Position numbers and translations under genes: made by a program
The notes under the pieces: model-generated
Database searches by the model: none
Told to the model about the DNA's origin: nothing
The model's input: the letters and a program-made list of their open reading frames with translations, nothing else
Origin: a virus
Lineage: Duplodnaviria; Caudoviricetes
Direction: 5' to 3' (one strand)
Length of the DNA stretch: 64,000 nucleotides
Virus record (IMG/VR): IMGVR_UViG_3300025868_000002
Location: 8,812-72,811 of that record
In this document: positions 49,540 through 57,698 of the stretch, piece after piece
How positions within the stretch are numbered: the stretch's first letter is position 1
Layout: every line of letters begins with the position of its first letter

Positions 49540-50105
49540 ATTTTCTCCAATTTATCTATTATTTCTGGCCAAGAGTATACTCTATAATCATATAGATCTT
49601 CAGGTAACTCCTTGTTGTGTGGCCTATCAAATAATATTTTTACAACATCAGAGTCTTTCAAAGATTTCATTACGTGACCACTATCATCAATAATGACATC
49701 GTAGCAATCACTCAACATATTCTTACTCTTAGAAGAGGAAGAAGCAAAAACATGTGGTAATATACCGCTACCAAAGTAATTCTTCATCCATTTTAGTTTT
49801 TCACTAAAGGCATACTTTGAGGCTGCTGACGTAAGAATAATAAGCTTAAATCTATCATCAGAAATAACTTTTGTAAGACCATTTATCGCGCCTTCTATGG
49901 GTTTACAATTTAAAAATAAACCTTCCTCATTTAATAAGTCATAAACTTCATTTTTAGGCATCGCTGGAAGCGATTTATGAATTTCCCATTCGGTTATATT
50001 TAATTCCCTTTTATCATTTGTTTTTAATCTGTATAATTTTACCCATTCAGGCATTAAATCTGCTAATACGTCATCCATATCCACACATATCCTAATCTTT
50101 GTCAT
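49503..50105 (-). CDS. 5'(3')-deoxyribonucleotidase (HAD family)
   Basis: ICVDMDDVLAD, EKLKWMKNYF, IIDDS, FDRPHN. Confidence 0.9.
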   Translation of the reverse strand: MTKIRICVDMDDVLADLMPEWVKLYRLKTNDKRELNITEWEIHKSLPAMPKNEVYDLLNEEGLFLNCKPIEGAINGLTKVISDDRFKLIILTSAASKYAFSEKLKWMKNYFGSGILPHVFASSSSKSKNMLSDCYDVIIDDSGHVMKSLKDSDVVKILFDRPHNKELPEDLYDYRVYSWPEIIDKLEKIWTGKKIPQSMT

Positions 50106-50340
50106 CTATTACCTCTTTAAGATCCCTGGTAAAAGAATCCCTATCAGTTTCCAAATAGAATTCTATATCAACTTCTTTTCCGTCAGCCAGAAACACTGTT
50201 TTAACAAAGGGAACCCTTGAATTAAGTTTACCTATTTCAATTATTGAAAGATAAATTTTAATTGGGGGCATTGTAGATCCAAGTCGCATCCCTTTTGAAG
50301 ACCCTTCTGAACTTTCCCAAAAATTTTCTTTTTCATCCAT
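50092..50340 (-). CDS. Hypothetical protein
   Basis: 82-aa ORF with GGAG RBS. Confidence 0.5.
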   Translation of the reverse strand: MDEKENFWESSEGSSKGMRLGSTMPPIKIYLSIIEIGKLNSRVPFVKTVFLADGKEVDIEFYLETDRDSFTRDLKEVIDDKD

Positions 50341-50341
50341 A

Positions 50342-51025
50342 TTAACTCCTTAAATCTGCCCAAGAACCAGGGAAACCCGACAACCCTACCTGATTTAATC
50401 CCTCAAAAATACCTATATGTTGTGACGCAGATGGGTTGGTAACAAGAATAGTTTTAAAGTTTTCCCCTATATGTAAATCCCACCCACGATTCATTGTTGG
50501 GCTTGAAAAGCATTTTAGTAATCTATCCAAATTATTCCAGGAAACAAGATTAGATTGGCCAGATATAGATTTCTTTTTTAAAGCCCCACACACAGATAAC
50601 ACGTCAGTATATCCATGTAAAAATGTATGAAAACCAGAAACCATAAGGCCATCATCGCCATACTGATTAATCCCGTAATTATGTATATCTGAGCACCTTC
50701 CAAAATAATTAGATAAAACTATCATATCTCCGTTTAAAATCCAAATCCTATCAGATTTGTAGTATTTTATTCTATCTAAACTCTGATTTATGCCATATCT
50801 GCCATCTTTCGCCGGTAAAAATCTTGCCTTTATACCTATTGGGAGGCAAGCATACATAAAGGCTGAATATATTCGTTGAATAGATGCCATATCTTCAGAA
50901 TGGTCATCTAAAAAAACAACTTCACGAATGTAACTTCTCATATCGCTATGCAAAAGTGATTTACAAACTGTGGCCAATTCACTTTTTCTATCTTTTACAG
51001 TTATGAATAGTCTATCAAATCCCAT
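50342..51025 (-). CDS. GT2-like (GT-A) glycosyltransferase
   Basis: FITVKDR, VVFLDDHSED, ILNGDM (DxD-like), GWD...SQHIG. Confidence 0.72.
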   Translation of the reverse strand: MGFDRLFITVKDRKSELATVCKSLLHSDMRSYIREVVFLDDHSEDMASIQRIYSAFMYACLPIGIKARFLPAKDGRYGINQSLDRIKYYKSDRIWILNGDMIVLSNYFGRCSDIHNYGINQYGDDGLMVSGFHTFLHGYTDVLSVCGALKKKSISGQSNLVSWNNLDRLLKCFSSPTMNRGWDLHIGENFKTILVTNPSASQHIGIFEGLNQVGLSGFPGSWADLRS

Positions 51026-51032
51026 ATTATGC

Positions 51033-51491
51033 TCACTTACACTCTAGGTAACAAATACCATTATTTATCTTAGTAACTATTATGTCATCACCAACATAGT
51101 CACAATATTTATTTATTGCCGCTACCAATTCTTCAGTTAATCCAGAATTAAATATGATATAACCAAATTTTCTTAAAATAGGTAAATAAGTAGAAATAAC
51201 AGAAATAAAATTATTAAACCCTTTTATTTCATTTACAACTAATAAATCTAAATATTTTATCTTTCTACCAAGCTTATTTCCATAAACAAATGGTGAATTA
51301 GTCACATGAACCTTAACTTTTTTATCTTTTAAATACTCAACTTCAGTATCTGTTATAAAGTGAAGATCACCAAGCGTTACTAAATATTCTATTATAGAAA
51401 AATTTAGGTTACCTATATAGCCAACTGTCGTAATACGCTTATTAATAATAATTCTTTTTAGTATTTCTTGTGTTAATTGTTGTGATGGCAT
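51033..51491 (-). CDS. Degenerate class I SAM-methyltransferase-like protein
   Basis: Rossmann-like pattern ITTVGYIG...YLDLLVVN...YLPILRKFGYIIFN; the glycine motif is weak. Confidence 0.35.
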   Translation of the reverse strand: MPSQQLTQEILKRIIINKRITTVGYIGNLNFSIIEYLVTLGDLHFITDTEVEYLKDKKVKVHVTNSPFVYGNKLGRKIKYLDLLVVNEIKGFNNFISVISTYLPILRKFGYIIFNSGLTEELVAAINKYCDYVGDDIIVTKINNGICYLECK

Positions 51492-51676
51492 CTCTTATTT
51501 TGTACTCCTCTACACCATTTGTAAGTAAAAAACCAATTGAGAGGGTTCCAATAGAAAATTCCCCGTAATGGCCAAGGGATGCAAGAAGTGTGCCAAGAAA
51601 CTTGCTCGATAGGCCTCCCCCCCCCCATGCCAGCATATAAGGATCTAAACTTTTCTATATCTTTTAATTGGTTCAT
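51473..51676 (-). CDS. Small Trp-rich protein spanning a G10 tract
   Basis: 67-aa ORF near the head of the leftward operon. Confidence 0.35.
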   Translation of the reverse strand: MNQLKDIEKFRSLYAGMGGGRPIEQVSWHTSCIPWPLRGIFYWNPLNWFFTYKWCRGVQNKRCHHNN

Positions 51677-51994
51677 CAGTTATAAATTTCCCACAAATTA
51701 GGCAATAGTTGCCAGATGTGTTAGAATGAGGGTAAGTTTTAAAAATTTTGAAAAATATTCCTCAAAACTTAATTTTGTGTTTTTCATCATTATTTTTCCT
51801 TATTTTTGAAATATTTTTTGCAAAAATATAAGATATAGTTTAATAGGTGGCATGTACACACTGATTTGTGTTATTACAGTTGCAATACAATTAATACCAT
51901 GCAAGGAGGAAGAAGCACGTTGCATACTGTTATAACACTAAACCCTGTAATGGAGAGTAAGAATTTTTGGAGCCCTGAATGAAGAAGTATATAA

Positions 51995-52023
51995 AAAATA
52001 GCATAAAGCCAAATATTTGTCAA
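51995..52023 (-). promoter_or_regulatory. Sigma70-type promoter for the leftward replication operon
   Basis: Minus strand TTGACA-17 nt-TATTTT with an extended -10 TG. Confidence 0.6.
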
Positions 52024-52201
52024 GTGCCTTTTTGTAACGTGTTGAAAACAAACAAGTTATATTTTGGGAAAAACCCTGCCGGAAAGTCTGCAAATTGTTC
52101 AAAAATACAAGTCGTTTTATAGCAATGAGTTGCTGGATTCAAGATTTTTCTTTTGTTGCCTATAAAATTTATTGGCATAGATCTTGCTTATGGGAAAACA
52201 C

Positions 52202-52290
52202 GCTTGGGTCGCCTAGTGGCCGATGGCACCGCATTTGTGATGCGGTATGAGAAATCTACACCGTGGGTTCGACTCCCACCCCAAGCTCCA
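52202..52290 (+). tRNA. tRNA-Thr(UGU) with a long variable arm, CCA encoded
   Basis: Acceptor GCTTGGG/CCCAAGC, U73, CCA; D stem GCC/GGC; anticodon stem CCGCA/TGCGG with loop TT-TGT-GA; 17-nt variable region; T arm GTGGG-TTCGACT-CCCAC. Confidence 0.85.
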
Positions 52291-52313
52291 TTAATATATG
52301 TGAAGGAGTTATC

Positions 52314-52484
52314 GTGGACGAGCTGAAAGAAAAAAAAGCACGTAAAAGAAATATAGATAAAAAAAAGAAAATAAAAAATAAAAGTAATCAGCAATATAAG
52401 AAACTAAAAAAGCAAAAACAGAAATCAATACCAGAAATTATAATAAAAGACACAGAATTAGAAGAGTATTACTCAATTAAATAG
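52314..52484 (+). CDS. Small Lys-rich protein (GTG start)
   Basis: AAGGAG RBS before GTG at 52314; the track start at 52263 lies inside the tRNA. Confidence 0.5.
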   Translation: MDELKEKKARKRNIDKKKKIKNKSNQQYKKLKKQKQKSIPEIIIKDTELEEYYSIK

Positions 52485-52561
52485 CACAATTACTGCTTAG
52501 TAATTAAAATTGTGCACCAACTAGGTATTAGTGCCGTTATATACAAAAATAGGGGATAAAG

Positions 52562-53449
52562 ATGAAATACTTGGTGTCAGTTGGCGAGGGTCTGGGAAAT
52601 GTAATTGAAACCCTACCACTAATAAAAGCACTAAAATACAATAAACTTGAGTTTGATATACTTAATTTGTCACATATACCAACAGAAAACGTTGAATGGA
52701 TTTTTAAGGAATATGCAACTGTTATCAAAGGAGAACCAAGAGTAGACCAATATGCTTATCGTATAGAATTGGCAACAACTAAATTTTGCCCAAAATTCTT
52801 TAATAGAACAAAAATACCACTTATAAACAATTTAAACAATCAATTCATTTATAGTACAATCACTAATGAAATAGAAGTTTATCTTAGCATTCTGAATGAG
52901 CTTAACTTTGAAGACGCTGAAATGCCTTATGATGTAGAACTTCCAAAAACAGAAGAAGAAGAACAATTTGACTTCATCCTTATGAATGGGTGTGCTGGGC
53001 GCTCTCAGTTAGAATTTAAACGAAAGAAATATCCTCATATGGCGGAACTAGGTAACCTGCTTATCTCTAAAAAGTATAAGGTGGCATCTATTGGCATCGG
53101 TGATGAGTATGCGGCAGGAGAAAATAAAACCGGAATGTCAATTTGTAAAACGGCTGGATACCTAAGAAGCTGTAAGTTTTTAATAACCAATGATACGGGT
53201 TTTGCACATCTTGCGGCAGCTTTAAAAATTAATGGGGTTATTTTATATACGGCAACTAACATGATTAAAAATTATCACCCAGTGTTCCATAAAACACTAA
53301 AACCAGTAACAGCAGATATACCTTGTCAGCCATGCCAATATCGTAAAACATGGAATCTGTGCTCACCTAAAACGTATAATAAATGGGAATGCCAAAATAT
53401 TCCCTTTAGTAAGATTTTGAAGGAGATAAAAAATGCTGACATTTTTTGA
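52562..53449 (+). CDS. GT9-family glycosyltransferase
   Basis: EGLGNV, KRKKYPHMAEL, KTGMSICKTAGYLRSCKFLITNDTGFAHLAAAL...P. Confidence 0.85.
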   Translation: MKYLVSVGEGLGNVIETLPLIKALKYNKLEFDILNLSHIPTENVEWIFKEYATVIKGEPRVDQYAYRIELATTKFCPKFFNRTKIPLINNLNNQFIYSTITNEIEVYLSILNELNFEDAEMPYDVELPKTEEEEQFDFILMNGCAGRSQLEFKRKKYPHMAELGNLLISKKYKVASIGIGDEYAAGENKTGMSICKTAGYLRSCKFLITNDTGFAHLAAALKINGVILYTATNMIKNYHPVFHKTLKPVTADIPCQPCQYRKTWNLCSPKTYNKWECQNIPFSKILKEIKNADIF

Positions 53450-53654
53450 GAAACATGCCTATATTGGATTTTCTTTTTTGTATGGGTTATCTTTTATTAT
53501 TAATTTTTTGATTTTTAACTTTGTTTTTGGTCTTCCACTTTTACTTTCGACTCTTTTGACAAGTCTTGGCACGATACTTGCTACAGTATTTCTTATGCCA
53601 AAAACGATACGGCGGGAGGCAAAAATAAGTGTTGTTAAGGATTCGCTGTATTAA
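53433..53654 (+). CDS. Small 2-TM membrane protein
   Basis: Hydrophobic 73-aa ORF coupled to the GT9 gene. Confidence 0.55.
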   Translation: MLTFFEKHAYIGFSFLYGLSFIINFLIFNFVFGLPLLLSTLLTSLGTILATVFLMPKTIRREAKISVVKDSLY

Positions 53655-53673
53655 TCAAAGTGGAGGTTAGGTA

Positions 53674-53955
53674 ATGATGAATGCAAAGTGGATTTACGGT
53701 GTTAAAAACATTGTGCCCAAAAGGAAGGTTAACAATGTAATTGACAATTCTAAGCGCAAGCAAGATATGGTTTACCTTACCAAATCTGATTTTACCACGT
53801 TTGCACGTAGATTTAAGCTCGGAAATTGGCGTAACGCTGTTGAGACTATTTGTGGGCCAAGAGCAAGCAAAGAGGTTATTAATTTGTATTCTGACGGTGT
53901 GGAATCTATCGGATTTCGCAAGAGAGAAATACGAAGGGCTGCTGATATTGGCTAA
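53674..53955 (+). CDS. Hypothetical protein
   Basis: 93-aa ORF with GGAGG RBS. Confidence 0.55.
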   Translation: MMNAKWIYGVKNIVPKRKVNNVIDNSKRKQDMVYLTKSDFTTFARRFKLGNWRNAVETICGPRASKEVINLYSDGVESIGFRKREIRRAADIG

Positions 53956-53963
53956 CTAAATAT

Positions 53964-53996
53964 AATGTAGGTGCCACATAAAATGGCACCTACATT
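53964..53996. repeat. Perfect 13-bp inverted repeat upstream of the amidase gene
   Basis: AATGTAGGTGCCA-cataaaa-TGGCACCTACATT. Confidence 0.85.
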
Positions 53997-54012
53997 GCCA
54001 TAAAGGAGTTTT

Positions 54013-54474
54013 ATGACAGAACCAACTAAAATGATAGGTAATCCCAAACATATAGTGCTGCATACATCTGCCACAGAGTATAACTGCAACAAAAATGTGA
54101 TAAATAGAATTCATTTGGAAAAAGGTTACCTTTTAATAGGATACCATTTTGTAATAACCGGATCACCGTTTGATACCGGTATTCCGCAGATTCAACAGGG
54201 TAGACGATTAATTTACCAGGGAGCACACGCCTACCATTTTAATAATACTATTGGTATTTGTGTTACAGGTCACGGCGATGTGGCACCTTGGACAGAATAC
54301 CAGAAGTATCACTTAAAAGTTCTTGTTAACTCTTTGCAGGATATATATAGCATCCCTAATGAGAATATTCTAGGGCACAGGGAAACCCCATACGAAGACG
54401 AACACCATCTAAAAACATGCCCAGGTAACCTTATTGATATGAATGAAATACGAAATTTTTTAAGAATAACATAA
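54013..54474 (+). CDS. N-acetylmuramoyl-L-alanine amidase (T7 lysozyme-like endolysin)
   Basis: IVLHTSA, IGYHFVI, GAHA...IGICV, GHRE, KTCPG Zn ligands. Confidence 0.93.
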   Translation: MTEPTKMIGNPKHIVLHTSATEYNCNKNVINRIHLEKGYLLIGYHFVITGSPFDTGIPQIQQGRRLIYQGAHAYHFNNTIGICVTGHGDVAPWTEYQKYHLKVLVNSLQDIYSIPNENILGHRETPYEDEHHLKTCPGNLIDMNEIRNFLRIT

Positions 54475-54484
54475 GGAAAAATAG

Positions 54485-55285
54485 ATGAAACCAAACAAAA
54501 CACCAAATATCCTATTTCTGGACATAGAAACAGCACCAATGACCTCATATATATGGAGATTGTGGAAACAGGATATAGGGTTAAACCTTGTTGAATCCGA
54601 TTGGCATATGCTTAGCTGGGCAGGAAAATGGATGGGGGATAAAAAAATAATTTCAGACGTGCTCCCAAATTATAAAAAAGAATACAAAGAAAATACAGAA
54701 AATGACATACGTATTTTAGAAAGTCTTTGGGAAGTAATTGACGCTGCTGATATTGTTGTTGCTCATAATGGAAACAAATTTGATATCCCCAAAATAAATG
54801 CAAGATTGCTTTATAATGGGTTTACTCCGCCAAGTCCGTATAGACAAATTGATACTTGTTTGATTGCTCGCTCTATTTTTGGGTTTACCTCTAATAAATT
54901 AGATTACTTAGCACAATACCTTGGTGTAGGTGAGAAAACAAAGCATGAAGGTTTTGACTTATGGCGAAAATGCCTCCAGGGTGATACAAAAAGTTGGGGA
55001 AAAATGGAGAAGTATAATAGAAATGATGTAGTCCTCCTAGAAAAAGTTTTTCATAAACTTGCCCCCTGGTCTAAGTCATTCCCTAATTTTGATATATATA
55101 CTGATGATAATAAACCGCATTGTGTAGCATGTGGTAATACCAATATTATTAATCGTGGCTTTGCTTATACGCAATTAGGTAAATTTCACCGCTATCAATG
55201 TAAATTATGTGGAAAATGGATGCGAGGAAGAAAAAATGTCCTCACAAAAACAAAAAAAACTAAAATTTTAACAAACATATTATAA
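54485..55285 (+). CDS. DEDD/RNase H-like 3'-5' exonuclease with a C-terminal Zn ribbon
   Basis: LDIETAP, AHNGNKFD, SNKLDY, YNRNDV, CVACG...CKLCG. Confidence 0.88.
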   Translation: MKPNKTPNILFLDIETAPMTSYIWRLWKQDIGLNLVESDWHMLSWAGKWMGDKKIISDVLPNYKKEYKENTENDIRILESLWEVIDAADIVVAHNGNKFDIPKINARLLYNGFTPPSPYRQIDTCLIARSIFGFTSNKLDYLAQYLGVGEKTKHEGFDLWRKCLQGDTKSWGKMEKYNRNDVVLLEKVFHKLAPWSKSFPNFDIYTDDNKPHCVACGNTNIINRGFAYTQLGKFHRYQCKLCGKWMRGRKNVLTKTKKTKILTNIL

Positions 55286-55394
55286 AAATGAAAAAAAACA
55301 TAGTTATTGTCGGAGTTTTTTCTAACGAATGGCCTACAAATGAAAAAAAACATAGTTATTGTCGGAGTTTTTTCTAACGAATGGTCTACAAATG
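55286..55394 (+). repeat. 52-bp tandem duplication (1 mismatch) of the glycosyltransferase start
   Basis: Copies at 55286-55337 and 55338-55389, bounded by AAATG at 55286, 55338 and 55390. Confidence 0.95.
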
Positions 55395-56254
55395 TGTTCA
55401 TGGCTAACGCATTTGAAAATATAGGATTTAATGTCTTTAGATTTGACTTTAGGGCATTCCCTAAGCATGAAATACCAAAAATGCTTATTGATTTTATTAA
55501 TTCTATTAATGATGTTTTTTTGATTGTTTTTTGTAAAGTTGATTCTGTGCCAATTAAAACACTAAAAGACTTAACAGGAATCATTCCTACTTGGTATTGG
55601 TTTATGGACCCTATGACTGTCGCAAATACTATTAATGCGGCAGAAAGAGCAAGGGCATGCACCTATGCTAGTTCTACTTCGTATAAAGTAACAGAATACT
55701 TTAAAAACTTTAACAAAAACTCCTATAGAATAATAGAGGGTGTTGATACAACACTCTATAGAAACTTGGGATTAAAAAAAGAATACGATGTCTTGTTTGT
55801 CGGGACACCTGACCAAAAAAGATTAAACTATTTATTAAATGTGCCTTATAATGTAAAAATATTTGGTAATTATTGGCCACAATGTAAGCATGAAACAAAT
55901 CCGCCAATTTATAATGAAGATTTAGTTTTAGCTATAAATAAATCCAAAATTATATTAAACTTTACTAGACCAGATAGCTATTCAGATAGGGTCACCCAGA
56001 TACTCGCCTGCGGTGGATTTGTTTTAACTGAATATGCTGATGATCTTTTTATGGATTTTGGTGATTCATTAACATACTTTACTAATGTAAATGAATTAAA
56101 TCAAGCCATTGGGTATTTCTTAAAAGCACCGACTATAAGATCAAATTATATAAGAAAATATTATAGAAAAAATTTAAAACCATTAATTCAAACATGGGAA
56201 AAAACATGTGATGAAATCATACAACGTGTAAAGGAAAATGATGAACCCATCTGA
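55340..56254 (+). CDS. CgeB-like / GT1-type (GT-B) glycosyltransferase
   Basis: YWFMDP, EGVDTTLY, YDVLFVGT...R, INKSKIILN, SDRVTQILACGGFVLTE; ATG at 55340. Confidence 0.82.
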   Translation: MKKNIVIVGVFSNEWSTNVFMANAFENIGFNVFRFDFRAFPKHEIPKMLIDFINSINDVFLIVFCKVDSVPIKTLKDLTGIIPTWYWFMDPMTVANTINAAERARACTYASSTSYKVTEYFKNFNKNSYRIIEGVDTTLYRNLGLKKEYDVLFVGTPDQKRLNYLLNVPYNVKIFGNYWPQCKHETNPPIYNEDLVLAINKSKIILNFTRPDSYSDRVTQILACGGFVLTEYADDLFMDFGDSLTYFTNVNELNQAIGYFLKAPTIRSNYIRKYYRKNLKPLIQTWEKTCDEIIQRVKENDEPI

Positions 56255-57047
56255 TTTTAGAAAAGGTTTTTGCATTATTATTCCTTCTTGGAATAATAAT
56301 GATTATTTATTTTTTGCTATTAATTCCATAAAGGAATTTTCAAGGTATGACCACCAGATTGTTGTTCATCTAAACCAAGGAAACAACGCAACAAGAGATA
56401 TACTTAGTAAAATGGGATGCCAAGTAACTATGTCACCAAGCAATCTCGGTATAGCTAAGGCAGTAAATACAGCCGCTACCCTTTGTAATAAAGATATCAT
56501 TATGTATTTTAACGATGATATGGTTGCCCTGCCAGGGTGGGATACAGAATTTACAAAATTTGTTTTCGAAAATAATCTAGAACATGAAACCTGGCTAAGT
56601 TCTACCATGATTGAGCCAAGGGGTAAAAGAATAGAAATGCTTGCTCCGTTTAATTACGGTAAACATCCTAAAGAATTTAAAAAAGAGGCAATACTTCGTG
56701 ATTTGCCAAGATTAAAGTCAATGGCGCGTAATAGGAAAGGCACAACCTGGCCGCCAAATCTAATGTATAAAGACATATGGGATAAAATAGGTGGATTTTC
56801 CGAAGAATTCTTTCCTGGTTTCGGGACTGACCCAGACATAGCAAAAAAGATGTGGGATATTGGTTGCAGAGATTTTATTGCCCTGGGCAACAGCTTAGTT
56901 TACCATTTCCAAATGATAACAACAACAAGAGTACTTAATCCGCATACTGAACAACAAATTTTTGAGAAAAAGCACGGTATAACAATTGATAAATTTGTTA
57001 CAGAGTATTTGCATAGGGGGGGACTGTGGTGCCCAAAAAATTGCTAG
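56238..57047 (+). CDS. GT2-family glycosyltransferase
   Basis: IIIPSWNN, NLGIAKAVN, YFNDDM, IGGFSEEFFPGFGTDPD, LVYHF. Confidence 0.88.
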   Translation: MMNPSDFRKGFCIIIPSWNNNDYLFFAINSIKEFSRYDHQIVVHLNQGNNATRDILSKMGCQVTMSPSNLGIAKAVNTAATLCNKDIIMYFNDDMVALPGWDTEFTKFVFENNLEHETWLSSTMIEPRGKRIEMLAPFNYGKHPKEFKKEAILRDLPRLKSMARNRKGTTWPPNLMYKDIWDKIGGFSEEFFPGFGTDPDIAKKMWDIGCRDFIALGNSLVYHFQMITTTRVLNPHTEQQIFEKKHGITIDKFVTEYLHRGGLWCPKNC

Positions 57048-57125
57048 CCACGCCAAACAAACAAACTTATTAAGGTAAAAAATTACATAGTAATTATTAG
57101 TTTAACAAAATATGGTGGTATCATA

Positions 57126-57638
57126 TTGGGAATTATGCAAAAATTTGGGTCTTTCATTAATGAAAAATCGGATATAAGTGAACATTTGCTAACAATATTT
57201 GAGACATGTAGGCCCTATAAGCATATAACAGAATTTGGATTACGTAAGGGTAAATCTACTATAGCTATCCTGGCCTCAACACCCAATAAATTTATTTCTT
57301 ATGAATTATTTCCGATAGAAGAAGAAATAAATAAAATAAAAGAAATGGCAAAAATAGAAAATTTAAATTTTATAGTAAAAATTGAAGATTCAAGAAAATG
57401 TGTAATAGAAGATACTGATGTTTTATTTATTGATACAGAACATAATTATGAGCAACTTTACACCGAATTAACTAAACACGCAAATAATGTTAGGCATAAG
57501 ATTATTATGCACGACACAGAAACTTTCCCAAAAATGACCAGTGCGTTATATGATTTTCTAAATAGTCACCAAGAATGGGAAGTTGAACTTGTAAAACACA
57601 ACAATAACGGGTTAACTATTATACGTAGGTTGCCATAA
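57126..57638 (+). CDS. Class I SAM-dependent methyltransferase (Methyltransf_24-like)
   Basis: EFGLRKGKST, DVLFIDTEHNYEQL, IIMHDT, NNNGLTII. Confidence 0.85.
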   Translation: MGIMQKFGSFINEKSDISEHLLTIFETCRPYKHITEFGLRKGKSTIAILASTPNKFISYELFPIEEEINKIKEMAKIENLNFIVKIEDSRKCVIEDTDVLFIDTEHNYEQLYTELTKHANNVRHKIIMHDTETFPKMTSALYDFLNSHQEWEVELVKHNNNGLTIIRRLP

Positions 57639-57698
57639 AATCTTGGCTTAATTTTTGCAAGAGACAAATGTTAACGGGTTAAACATACAGGAGCTATA

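Noticed and set aside
52234-52241. Reading the tRNA as His(GUG)
   Set aside because: A GTG-centred loop breaks the anticodon stem, and there is no G-1/C73 pair.
52263-52313. Track start of the 73-aa ORF
   Set aside because: It lies inside the tRNA T arm; GTG at 52314 with an AAGGAG RBS is more plausible.
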